Part shown: positions 19,311 through 27,529 of the stretch, piece after piece
Position numbering within the stretch: the first letter of the stretch is position 1
Layout: each line of letters starts with the position of its first letter
IMG/VR virus record: IMGVR_UViG_3300037882_003354
Coordinates: 62,001-126,000 of that record
Length of the DNA: 64,000 bases
Direction: 5' to 3' (one strand)
Notes under the pieces: generated by a model
Databases searched by the model: none
What the model was told of the DNA's origin: nothing
Seen by the model: only the letters and a program-made list of their open reading frames with translations
Program-made: the position numbers and the translations under genes

Positions 19311-20039
19311 CTATGTTACATGATCCTGTGCCACCATAAACGCCGTATCCATAATCGTAGCCGCGTAATGCACCGATCCCAGGCTCTGAACAGTGTCTTC
19401 GAGTGGAATGAGGTCTTGATTGACCAGTATGTTGCCATTAACACCGGGTTGTAACAGTATACTGGTATTTTCAGGTGATTGGATTTTAAATGCCAGGGTT
19501 TCAACTGGACGAGCGAGGGTCACCACCTCGCCTGGCTGTGGATGAGCCACAGGGTCGATATTCGATAAATCAGTTGCTGTGATGATCAGTGAGGAGAATG
19601 TATCAGTGCCCACAAACGTGACGTAGCTAGGCACAAGATACCCAGCACCAGATATAATATCGCCCACTAACAACGCGACCGGCGGTGACACAGTGAATTC
19701 CGTAACAACATACGGAGCCAGAATTACATCAGGATTTCCATAGGTACCTGTGGAAATAAAGTCAGTGGATGTTGTACTTTGGTCCACCAGCCCAGCAATC
19801 ACAGCATCAGCCAGGTTGAACACCACACTGGCGGTTGAATCGCTCATGGTGGTAAGAGTTGGGAATGTGACAGTTCCATCTGCAGCTACAAGAAGTTGGC
19901 TGGTGCCACTGGACAAACTATCGGTGGGCGGTGTCGCCACTTGTCCATTCCAGTGGATGCCGTCGTAGGTGTATGTGGTACCGTTGGTGCTAACGTATAC
20001 TGTGCCCGTGCTGGGTCCACTTGGAAAATCTAATGCCAT
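19311..20039 (-). CDS. tail fibre N-terminal part (anchor motif), out of frame with 16852..19302
   Basis: MALDFPSGP..G..Y...NG.TY.YDG..W anchor; late promoter CTAAATA 20119-20125; last 20 aa are an off-frame reading of the next gene's repeat. Confidence 0.65.
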   Translation of the reverse strand: MALDFPSGPSTGTVYVSTNGTTYTYDGIHWNGQVATPPTDSLSSGTSQLLVAADGTVTFPTLTTMSDSTASVVFNLADAVIAGLVDQSTTSTDFISTGTYGNPDVILAPYVVTEFTVSPPVALLVGDIISGAGYLVPSYVTFVGTDTFSSLIITATDLSNIDPVAHPQPGEVVTLARPVETLAFKIQSPENTSILLQPGVNGNILVNQDLIPLEDTVQSLGSVHYAATIMDTAFMVAQDHVT

Positions 20040-20141
20040 GATATTTTTACCCCTTGAACTTTCTCATGTTACCATTACCAGGATTGGGTCGTTACACCAA
20101 ATCACCAGCTGTTTATTATATTTAGCAAGGGATCACATCAA

Positions 20142-21611
20142 TCATGCGAGTCCAAATCGTGCCTTGGTTGCGTTGTAGTTTTGCAAGATTTCAGCATTGT
20201 TCAATGCGGTGTTGTATATTCTGACAAGTCCGATGATACCATTGCGTTTATTTGTACTGTCATCTGTCATAAGAAACAGATCCGTGGCGGTGGCGCTATT
20301 GGGATAAGGATATGTTTGCGAAACACTTCTTATGGCTGTAGCAGAATTGATGGTCCGAATCATGTGGCCGTCAGCACCTCCAACTTTTCTAAGAGTAATT
20401 TGATACCAAGTGCCTGCGACAAGGTTTGGAGTGTTGACGGGTGTGTTAGACTGGGCAGACAGGTATTTAGACGAAGCCGCTATTCTATTATAGCTCGTCG
20501 TACCAGTTCCAATGTTACGTAATGCCCATGGTGTATTACTTGGATCCACATAACTGCTAATAATGGGAATTACTAGACTAGCAGTGGTTGTTGGTTTATA
20601 CCAAATTTCCACAGTCATGTTATCTGTATTGACCAATGAACTGAGACTGGCACCATATTGCGATGATGCTGCAACAAATGTCAACTGTCCCCCTGAAGTG
20701 CTGGAATCATATGCGGGAGTATTGTACAACGTCATGTCGGCTGTGCCCACCTGATCTCGCCAAACACCGCTACTATCGTATCCAACACCACTATATTTTG
20801 TGGGCGATACACCAGATGGGGCAGTATCAAAATAATTAGTAAGACCAGTGGTAGCGGCCGTGGTGGGTTGCGTATAAACAAATCTGGCTTGGACTGCATT
20901 ATAATTTTGCAGCACTTCGGCGTCCGTAATAATTCTATCATATGCTCTGATTATTGCAATGCTACCGTCCCCGGCCGATATGGTAGTTGCTCCAGTGGCG
21001 GGCACTACTGGGGAAACATCTGCGCTGGTGGCCACCAGAGCTCCGTTGACATAGAGTTTGACATATGATCCCAGACCAAAAGTCATGACCACCTGATTCC
21101 ATGCTCTGGGAACAAGATATTGATAAACATTATTAATAGTGGCACTAACGGGTGGATCCATGTTGTCACTCACAACAATCTGATTGTTTAACTCCCAACT
21201 TGGTACAAACCCGACGTTCACATTACAATTGATAATTATACCATCAGTTGACGGCACATAAAAATGCCAGGTTTCTATAGATAATTCAGTTAGAGGATCT
21301 TCACTTCCCGAAGTTGTTCCAAACGTGCCATTGAATGTTGCACTGATAAGAGGGGTAAATTCAAAACTACCACCACCAAATGTTGGCAAATATCGTATTC
21401 TAGCATTTGTTGTGATGTCCTCAACATATTCAGAATCTGGTGTGGGCAACCAATTACCAGTACCTGAATATGTTGCTGCATCAAAATCGTTGGTGCGACC
21501 CAAGGTGACCACCTCAGGTGGTGGCTCCGCCACTTGAACCCTGGGCACACGACTGGCCAGTGGGCTTTGGTGGGTGGCACCAGAGTTAATGCTGCCTATG
21601 CGATTCCACAT
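20142..21611 (-). CDS. virion protein with two LamG/concanavalin-A-like domains
   Basis: S/T(I/V)ExW..., W.Q(V/I)..T, G.I.IxR.Y...L...E(V/I)LQNYNA twice. Confidence 0.8.
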   Translation of the reverse strand: MWNRIGSINSGATHQSPLASRVPRVQVAEPPPEVVTLGRTNDFDAATYSGTGNWLPTPDSEYVEDITTNARIRYLPTFGGGSFEFTPLISATFNGTFGTTSGSEDPLTELSIETWHFYVPSTDGIIINCNVNVGFVPSWELNNQIVVSDNMDPPVSATINNVYQYLVPRAWNQVVMTFGLGSYVKLYVNGALVATSADVSPVVPATGATTISAGDGSIAIIRAYDRIITDAEVLQNYNAVQARFVYTQPTTAATTGLTNYFDTAPSGVSPTKYSGVGYDSSGVWRDQVGTADMTLYNTPAYDSSTSGGQLTFVAASSQYGASLSSLVNTDNMTVEIWYKPTTTASLVIPIISSYVDPSNTPWALRNIGTGTTSYNRIAASSKYLSAQSNTPVNTPNLVAGTWYQITLRKVGGADGHMIRTINSATAIRSVSQTYPYPNSATATDLFLMTDDSTNKRNGIIGLVRIYNTALNNAEILQNYNATKARFGLA

Positions 21612-21668
21612 TCGTGCGAGTCCCGATGTTGTTTTGATTGTACATATGATTCAGTTTCTGCTGTCATA

Positions 21669-22289
21669 TTAGAATCCGTTGGTGTTTGAGTTGTAAAATA
21701 CCAGACCAGTCACGTTGGTGGTTTTGGCAATGGTGGGCGTTTGATAGTTGAATTCTAAGAAATCTTCTCCATCGAGTTCACCAAACTGAATCCTTACGGG
21801 ATAATACTGGCCAGCAGTCAGTGCAATACTGCCGCTGACTTCGTTAGCGCCGTGTGCGCCGCCGTTGTTGATTAGTGCATTGCCTGCGTCAAATCCTGTG
21901 ACAGCATTGGGACCAATCCACATGTAACTGGCATCATCGCTGTTGAGGAAGAATGTGTGAGTCTGAGTGGTGGTGGGTTTGAAGTAGCCCAACCATTGCA
22001 CACTGAAATTGCCGCCGTCAGAATAGTCAGTATCACCATCATTAGGTCCATTATTTTGTTCGAAAATATCTGTGGTTTGCACAGATGTGGCTGGGTTTGA
22101 ACCGAATCCCTGTGGGGTGGCACCGGCAAAAAAATTCACATTATCGTCGAAATATCCTGCATAAGTGGTTTTGAACAATCCTGCGACATAGACGGCAGTG
22201 GCTGCGACGGCTGGCAGGCGTGGTCGTCGACTGGCCAGGGGGCTTTGGTTCACTGCACCAGCACTTGTCCTGCCTATGCGATTCCACAT
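21669..22289 (-). CDS. virion protein with PA14 domain
   Basis: Start moved to MWNRIG at 22289; FSVQWLGYFKP..T.TFFLNSDDASYMWIG...GQYYPVRIQFGE is the PA14 pattern. Confidence 0.8.
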   Translation of the reverse strand: MWNRIGRTSAGAVNQSPLASRRPRLPAVAATAVYVAGLFKTTYAGYFDDNVNFFAGATPQGFGSNPATSVQTTDIFEQNNGPNDGDTDYSDGGNFSVQWLGYFKPTTTQTHTFFLNSDDASYMWIGPNAVTGFDAGNALINNGGAHGANEVSGSIALTAGQYYPVRIQFGELDGEDFLEFNYQTPTIAKTTNVTGLVFYNSNTNGF

Positions 22290-22290
22290 G

Positions 22291-22593
22291 TTAGGAGTTG
22301 GGCAGTTCCATGACACTCATCAGACCCGAGGTGCTGGCTGTGCGGCCGGCCACCTGTTCCAGTCCCTCCACCGCGTAATATTCTGTGGTGCCTGCTGTCA
22401 ACAACACAGAAGCGGTGGTGGCGGTGCTCACGGCTCCGGGACTGCCAATGTTCAGGTAGGTGTCTTGTGTGACTGCCACACGTATGATGCCGGTCTGGCT
22501 GTTGAGTGCCAGTGTGGCTGTGCTGGTGGCACTGGTCACTGAGAGATTTTGAACTGTGCCAATCCTGGGGGCACCTTTTCTTAAATATGTCAT
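22291..22593 (-). CDS. small beta-rich virion protein
   Basis: 100 aa, late promoter CTAAATA 22615-22621, AAGGA SD. Confidence 0.65.
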   Translation of the reverse strand: MTYLRKGAPRIGTVQNLSVTSATSTATLALNSQTGIIRVAVTQDTYLNIGSPGAVSTATTASVLLTAGTTEYYAVEGLEQVAGRTASTSGLMSVMELPNS

Positions 22594-22627
22594 GGTTGAT
22601 TCCTTGCGTTGCTGTATTTAGCCGTCA

Positions 22628-22885
22628 TCATGCAGGTGATTCCGTGGTTTTTGGGAGTAAAATTTCTTCCACCAACTGCACCACTCCACGCACATTGTAA
22701 ATTTTACTGGCCCGGTGTTCTGGCAACTGTATGTTGAAGTGATCTTCCACCACCAGAACCAGTTCCATGTAGTCCAGACTGTCCAAGCCTAGATTTCGTT
22801 TGAAATGGCTGTCCATGGTGACTGAATCTTCGCGCATGCGCAATTCCCTGGCTATAACTTGTATGATCTGCTGTTCAATGTTCAT
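22628..22885 (-). CDS. acpP: acyl carrier protein
   Basis: 85 aa with LGLDSLDYMELV (phosphopantetheine Ser) and FNIQLPE motif. Confidence 0.9.
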   Translation of the reverse strand: MNIEQQIIQVIARELRMREDSVTMDSHFKRNLGLDSLDYMELVLVVEDHFNIQLPEHRASKIYNVRGVVQLVEEILLPKTTESPA

Positions 22886-23668
22886 TTATGTCTTGATGTA
22901 ATTTAATAGTATGCTGTGATCACGGTGATCAGGGTGCCAGTCTGGGCGCATGAATTCCAGCACGGCACAGGTGACTGTCCAGAACACACCACATTGACGG
23001 TCAAACAACACGGCAACTGCATCCTTGAGTGTGCGCCATTTCCACAACTGGCCATCTGATCGCAGGAATATCACGGTGTTTTTCATCACATGGTACATGT
23101 AACACACGTAAACCAACAACATGACCCATCTTCTGTGATTGACACCGCCATCCACCAGTTGCCATACGTTCATGGCCACTGACTTGTGCTCGATTTCTTC
23201 CACGGCGTGCCAGCGCCAGATGGTTTCAAAATGTGGATGCATGCGGCGCAGAGCAGTTCTGTATCTCAGCAGGTATTCTGCATTGACTGCTGTCATGTGC
23301 TCAATGCACACAGTGGCGGTCAAACACACGCGATCGCTCCAACGTGTGCGTAGATGGGACCAAAATTTGTGCTGTCGCTGGGCCGCAGCCTGTGCCGGTA
23401 ATCCCTGCTGCTCCAGCCATTGTGTGTACTGTGCATGCACATGACCGTGCCAATTTTCCTGTTTGACAAAGGTATTGAAATCCACCAACTGCGCAGGATC
23501 TGTCACAGCGTGCCGATAGGCCTTGAGTGAATCTATGAAGAATCGTTCCCCGTCAGGAAAGTTTATATTCAGGGAATTCAACCAGTGTGTTTTGAATGGG
23601 CTGCCATCATTCCAATAATATGGAAGTTCTTGATCCCAATCTAATTTCAGTGGCTGTGACGTAAACAT
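22886..23668 (-). CDS. ferritin-like di-iron protein ('predicted metal-dependent hydrolase' family)
   Basis: FPDGERFFIDS, QENWHGHVH, IEHMTA, WHAVEEIEHKSVA: E / ExxH / E / ExxH ligand pattern. Confidence 0.8.
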   Translation of the reverse strand: MFTSQPLKLDWDQELPYYWNDGSPFKTHWLNSLNINFPDGERFFIDSLKAYRHAVTDPAQLVDFNTFVKQENWHGHVHAQYTQWLEQQGLPAQAAAQRQHKFWSHLRTRWSDRVCLTATVCIEHMTAVNAEYLLRYRTALRRMHPHFETIWRWHAVEEIEHKSVAMNVWQLVDGGVNHRRWVMLLVYVCYMYHVMKNTVIFLRSDGQLWKWRTLKDAVAVLFDRQCGVFWTVTCAVLEFMRPDWHPDHRDHSILLNYIKT

Positions 23669-23678
23669 CAGATATTTA

Positions 23679-24446
23679 TCATGGATTATTCACTGATGTG
23701 ATGATCCAGAAATCTGAACTCATGCTGGTATTCTGCACCACTTGGTAGGGCATGTAGAAGTAACCGCGGTCACCCCAGCCGGTGCCCCAGGAATTTCTTG
23801 CTATGAATTGCTGAGTGCTGTCTCGATAACCCACCAGGGCCACCGCATGTCCCCCCAGCAACCGTTCTGTTTGAACATTGGGGTAGGGCATTTGTCCTGT
23901 ACGTGCCACCGCCAGGGTTTGAAAACTTGAATACACATTGAATCCCATGACCACAGGGTATCCCTGCGCCAGGGCTGTCTTGACTCCATCAAAGTCGGTT
24001 ATGCGACGATAGGCACCCACTCGTCGTTTGAGAGCGTCTTTGTATGCTGCCGCGCTGGGCTTGATGGCGAACCTGCCAATGATATAAGGCCACAGGCTTT
24101 CCAAGGGTGCACCAAATTTGTTCACAGCCTTGATGCCGTCTCGCAGGTAGGCGCCACTGTCATAGTTCACTGTGCCGTACAGCAACCGCTCCTGGTAATA
24201 GATGAACAGTCGGCTGACGTCCAGATTCTTCTTGGCTTTACGATTGAGGTATTCAACTAGTCCAGCAATGGCCTGGCCAGTGCATGATCCCAACTGCCCT
24301 TGGTTTTCTATGGGGCTGCATCCCGGTCTTAAATCCACCAGCGCAGGTAATGCCAATTGCGGTGCAGCATACAAGTAATCCCTGGCATCTGGTGGATCTG
24401 GACGCCAGTGTAATCGGGGTATGGTTATATTAGTTGGACGTGGCAT
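23679..24446 (-). CDS. papain-like (C1A) cysteine protease
   Basis: QGQLGSCTG, GGHAVALVGY, RNSWG catalytic motifs; start moved to 24446 (AGGA SD). Confidence 0.9.
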   Translation of the reverse strand: MPRPTNITIPRLHWRPDPPDARDYLYAAPQLALPALVDLRPGCSPIENQGQLGSCTGQAIAGLVEYLNRKAKKNLDVSRLFIYYQERLLYGTVNYDSGAYLRDGIKAVNKFGAPLESLWPYIIGRFAIKPSAAAYKDALKRRVGAYRRITDFDGVKTALAQGYPVVMGFNVYSSFQTLAVARTGQMPYPNVQTERLLGGHAVALVGYRDSTQQFIARNSWGTGWGDRGYFYMPYQVVQNTSMSSDFWIITSVNNP

Positions 24447-24505
24447 GTGTTTTTTCCTGGGTTGACTGTGCAAAAATCATTATAAGATTGTGAATAAGAT
24501 TTACG

Positions 24506-27500
24506 TCATTGTATGCTTACCAAATCAACATCCAACCTTTCTAACTTGTTGTGCACATAATCACTAATATATTCAGCGGTATACTGTGCAGGTTGTTCTT
24601 GTAGACGTAATCCTGAGATGTATTTGGGATCAATGTTGGCAAATTCTTCTAAAGATCTCAACGCTCTGTTGTCCTTGACAAACTTCATATCCCGAATAGG
24701 ATAGATGTTGTTAAATCTATTGCTGGTCAATATGCCTTGAGCAAACAGATTCAAGTGATACTGGGTCCATACGTTGTAAAACTTTACAGGTTCTTCAATA
24801 GTTTCTTTGGAAATCAGTGTGACTTCTTCACCCTGTTCATTAAATGTAATAGTTCCCACTGGCGTGGTATCTCTAACCAACATGGTAAACGCACCTGCTT
24901 GTTTATTAAACACATGGTGTCCCACTGTGCGTAACACAGTTCCATCACTGAATGTAAATCGATAGTGTTTGTCATGTGTTTCTTCCTGTTTAACAAACAC
25001 TGGCAATGCTTCGCTAAACTCACCCAAGTCAAAGTTCCATACACGAAGTAAATCATTGTACCTAACGTCCTCAATGGCTTTATATGAACCGTCAGCCATG
25101 GTGACCATGGTACCTTCGACCAGGCAAACCACACTCCATGCTCCTGTGTAGATATTACTAGTACATCCATTGAGTCCCGAGTCAATGGTTATTTGGGTAG
25201 TCAAATCACTCCCACTGCCATATAACCCAAGATCGGGCGATGTATATGTATTAGCACCAGGATTGACTGTCAGGGTGTGAGGGCCGCTAAATTCTCCGCC
25301 GCTGAACCATTCAAAGAAAATAGTACCTGTCGTGGATGTTGAAACAGTGGACGTAAAATCAACAGTTGCTGCCCTACTTTCAAAACCCACTGACACGTTG
25401 GTTATTGTCATAGTTGCCGGCACAATCACTGGCACATCAACACTTGTGGTCACACCGTTATTGGTGGTAACACGAGCAGTGGCGTCAACAGTTGGCGCAA
25501 CTGATCCCAAGAACAGTCGAGTATTTGCATCAACAGTATATGTTGTTGTGGGTATAAATGGTGCCAGATACTTGGCCGTGTTGCTGATTCTAACTAAAGA
25601 CATCTTACCGCTTAAGGTGCCACCGTTTGCTGGACCCAGTCGACCTATACGCAATGGGTCTACAGAGTTGGTATAACTGGCTGTGCCAAATGTACCACTA
25701 ACCTTGGTCTGTTCAATACCATTGTACCAGACCGTTTGTGTGCTTGCGTTGTTGACTATGGCCACATGCGTCCATACACCTGGAGTAGGTTCGGTGTATC
25801 GGACATCTTCGTTAGCGCCACTACCTGATAAGAATACCAGTTTGTTATCGCTCAATGCCACAACCACGGCGTTGGTGGTACTCCAGCCCACTTGGTTTAA
25901 TAATCCCCAGATGCCGCCACCCGCTGTATCTGATGCGGCATTGGCTTTGAGCCAGAACTCTATGGTCCAAGTTGTGCCCAGATTAAACGGAGCATTTGCA
26001 GGGTCATACAGGCTGTAGTTTTCGTCCATGTATAAATTGTCTGCCAACTTTGGAGCCCAGGTCAGGTCCCAGGTTGTGCCACCATCTGAGACGCCTGTGA
26101 GCGTTACTTGATAGGGTACACCAGTCCCCTGTTGGCCAACGAGTATCCAGCCCACTTGTGGTTCTGGATAACTGCCTTTGAGGATATCACCACCTGATAT
26201 AGTGCCGCTCCACGCATGACTGGTGGCGGTGCCCAGCGCGGTGTAACTTGGCTGTGCCACTGATAGGTAATCGTTTTCACTATTTACAAACTGTAGACTT
26301 TGATAACTTGGAAAGTCATTGCTGATCACTGCTCCATTATTGGTAATAGAATGTCTAGCACCACTGAAGTTGTATGGACCAGGAGTGGGCACATTAGTAA
26401 CTGGTACTCCCCAATTGTCAGGATCTGCTGAGACTACTGCTCCAGTGACAGTTGCGGTAGTTGATGTGTTTAATGAACTTACTATATCTCCTGCCTTTAT
26501 TTGATTATTTAAATTGGGATATGTTGACTTAGAGAAATACATGGTATCTAAATTATTAGTAAATATCGATACTTCATTCAACTCATAATTAGATAGATCG
26601 GTCAGCGGACTATCACTGCCCAACATCAGTCGAGTGTCTGCGCCAGCACCATAGGACAACGATGGGCTAAAGTTTGCCAGATACGTGGCTGTGTTGCTGA
26701 CTCGGATCATGGCCAGTTTACCAAGGAAGCCTTGCCCGTTCACTCCTAGTCTACGGCCAATGTTTACATCCGATGATCCATCACTTAATGCGCCTGGGCT
26801 TACTATGGTTCCCTGATGTACTCCATTATAGTATACCTTGGTGTCACCACCCCCATTGGCCACATAGGCCACATGGTTCCATATTCCCGGTGTGGGTTCA
26901 GGAATTCCGCTCTGTTGGACATTTCTGAACAGCGTGCTTCCATACATAAATCCTAAATCTATCTTGCCAGCGTCCGGACCTTGTGACATCACAGTTCGTA
27001 TGTTGCTGGTGCTGGCATTGGTTTGTTTGCTCCAGAACTCAACGGTGTATGTTGTGCCCAGGTTCCAATCAGCTTGTGTGTTGGATACCAATAGATATGG
27101 ATTTCCTGCTGGGAAGTCTAGACTAAATGGGGCCACTAGTGATAGACTGGTGTCGTTGATGGTGACTGAAGTGCTGGTGCTTAATATTGTGCCGCTGGTG
27201 CTAGCCGAACGCAGGGCAACCGTGAATGTCTCACTGCCTTCAGTGGTAGTATCAGCAGTGGGTGTTACTGAGAATGAACCGCTATTGCTGGTAATGCTGA
27301 ATGATCCAAATGTTGTACCAAAATCACCCGTGTTGGTTTGAACAGTCCAATAATACGTTCCGTTGACAATGTTTGTACCTGTGACATTAAATGTTATTGC
27401 TGAACCTTCGTTAGTGCTGGTTGTTGCTGGTGTTAAAGTATACAGGGGTGGTGGGGGAGGGGGAGGTGTATAACCACCACTGGACGCAATGGCTCCCGCT

Positions 27501-27520
27501 AATGTTTGAACAATGCTCAT
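24506..27520 (-). CDS. adhesin: Calx-beta-like + 2 LamG domains + C-terminal Hint domain
   Basis: NEG..ITF..TEG.ETFTV (Calx-like); TVEFW/TIEFW..WxHVA (LamG); CLVEGT..TVGH..FYNV..ILTSN (Hint). Confidence 0.8.
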   Translation of the reverse strand: MSIVQTLAGAIASSGGYTPPPPPPPLYTLTPATTSTNEGSAITFNVTGTNIVNGTYYWTVQTNTGDFGTTFGSFSITSNSGSFSVTPTADTTTEGSETFTVALRSASTSGTILSTSTSVTINDTSLSLVAPFSLDFPAGNPYLLVSNTQADWNLGTTYTVEFWSKQTNASTSNIRTVMSQGPDAGKIDLGFMYGSTLFRNVQQSGIPEPTPGIWNHVAYVANGGGDTKVYYNGVHQGTIVSPGALSDGSSDVNIGRRLGVNGQGFLGKLAMIRVSNTATYLANFSPSLSYGAGADTRLMLGSDSPLTDLSNYELNEVSIFTNNLDTMYFSKSTYPNLNNQIKAGDIVSSLNTSTTATVTGAVVSADPDNWGVPVTNVPTPGPYNFSGARHSITNNGAVISNDFPSYQSLQFVNSENDYLSVAQPSYTALGTATSHAWSGTISGGDILKGSYPEPQVGWILVGQQGTGVPYQVTLTGVSDGGTTWDLTWAPKLADNLYMDENYSLYDPANAPFNLGTTWTIEFWLKANAASDTAGGGIWGLLNQVGWSTTNAVVVALSDNKLVFLSGSGANEDVRYTEPTPGVWTHVAIVNNASTQTVWYNGIEQTKVSGTFGTASYTNSVDPLRIGRLGPANGGTLSGKMSLVRISNTAKYLAPFIPTTTYTVDANTRLFLGSVAPTVDATARVTTNNGVTTSVDVPVIVPATMTITNVSVGFESRAATVDFTSTVSTSTTGTIFFEWFSGGEFSGPHTLTVNPGANTYTSPDLGLYGSGSDLTTQITIDSGLNGCTSNIYTGAWSVVCLVEGTMVTMADGSYKAIEDVRYNDLLRVWNFDLGEFSEALPVFVKQEETHDKHYRFTFSDGTVLRTVGHHVFNKQAGAFTMLVRDTTPVGTITFNEQGEEVTLISKETIEEPVKFYNVWTQYHLNLFAQGILTSNRFNNIYPIRDMKFVKDNRALRSLEEFANIDPKYISGLRLQEQPAQYTAEYISDYVHNKLERLDVDLVSIQ
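24719..25126 (-). other. Hint (hedgehog/intein-like) autoprocessing domain
   Basis: Cys1 codon at 25124-25126, block B TVGH, block F/G FYNVWTQYHLNLFAQGILTSN ending at 24719; followed by Arg and a 70-aa tail. Confidence 0.8.
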
Positions 27521-27529
27521 TGTTGATCC

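Noticed and set aside
24719-25126. Canonical splicing intein
   Set aside because: Residue after the terminal Asn is Arg, penultimate His is absent, no endonuclease domain, and the host is not a conserved enzyme.
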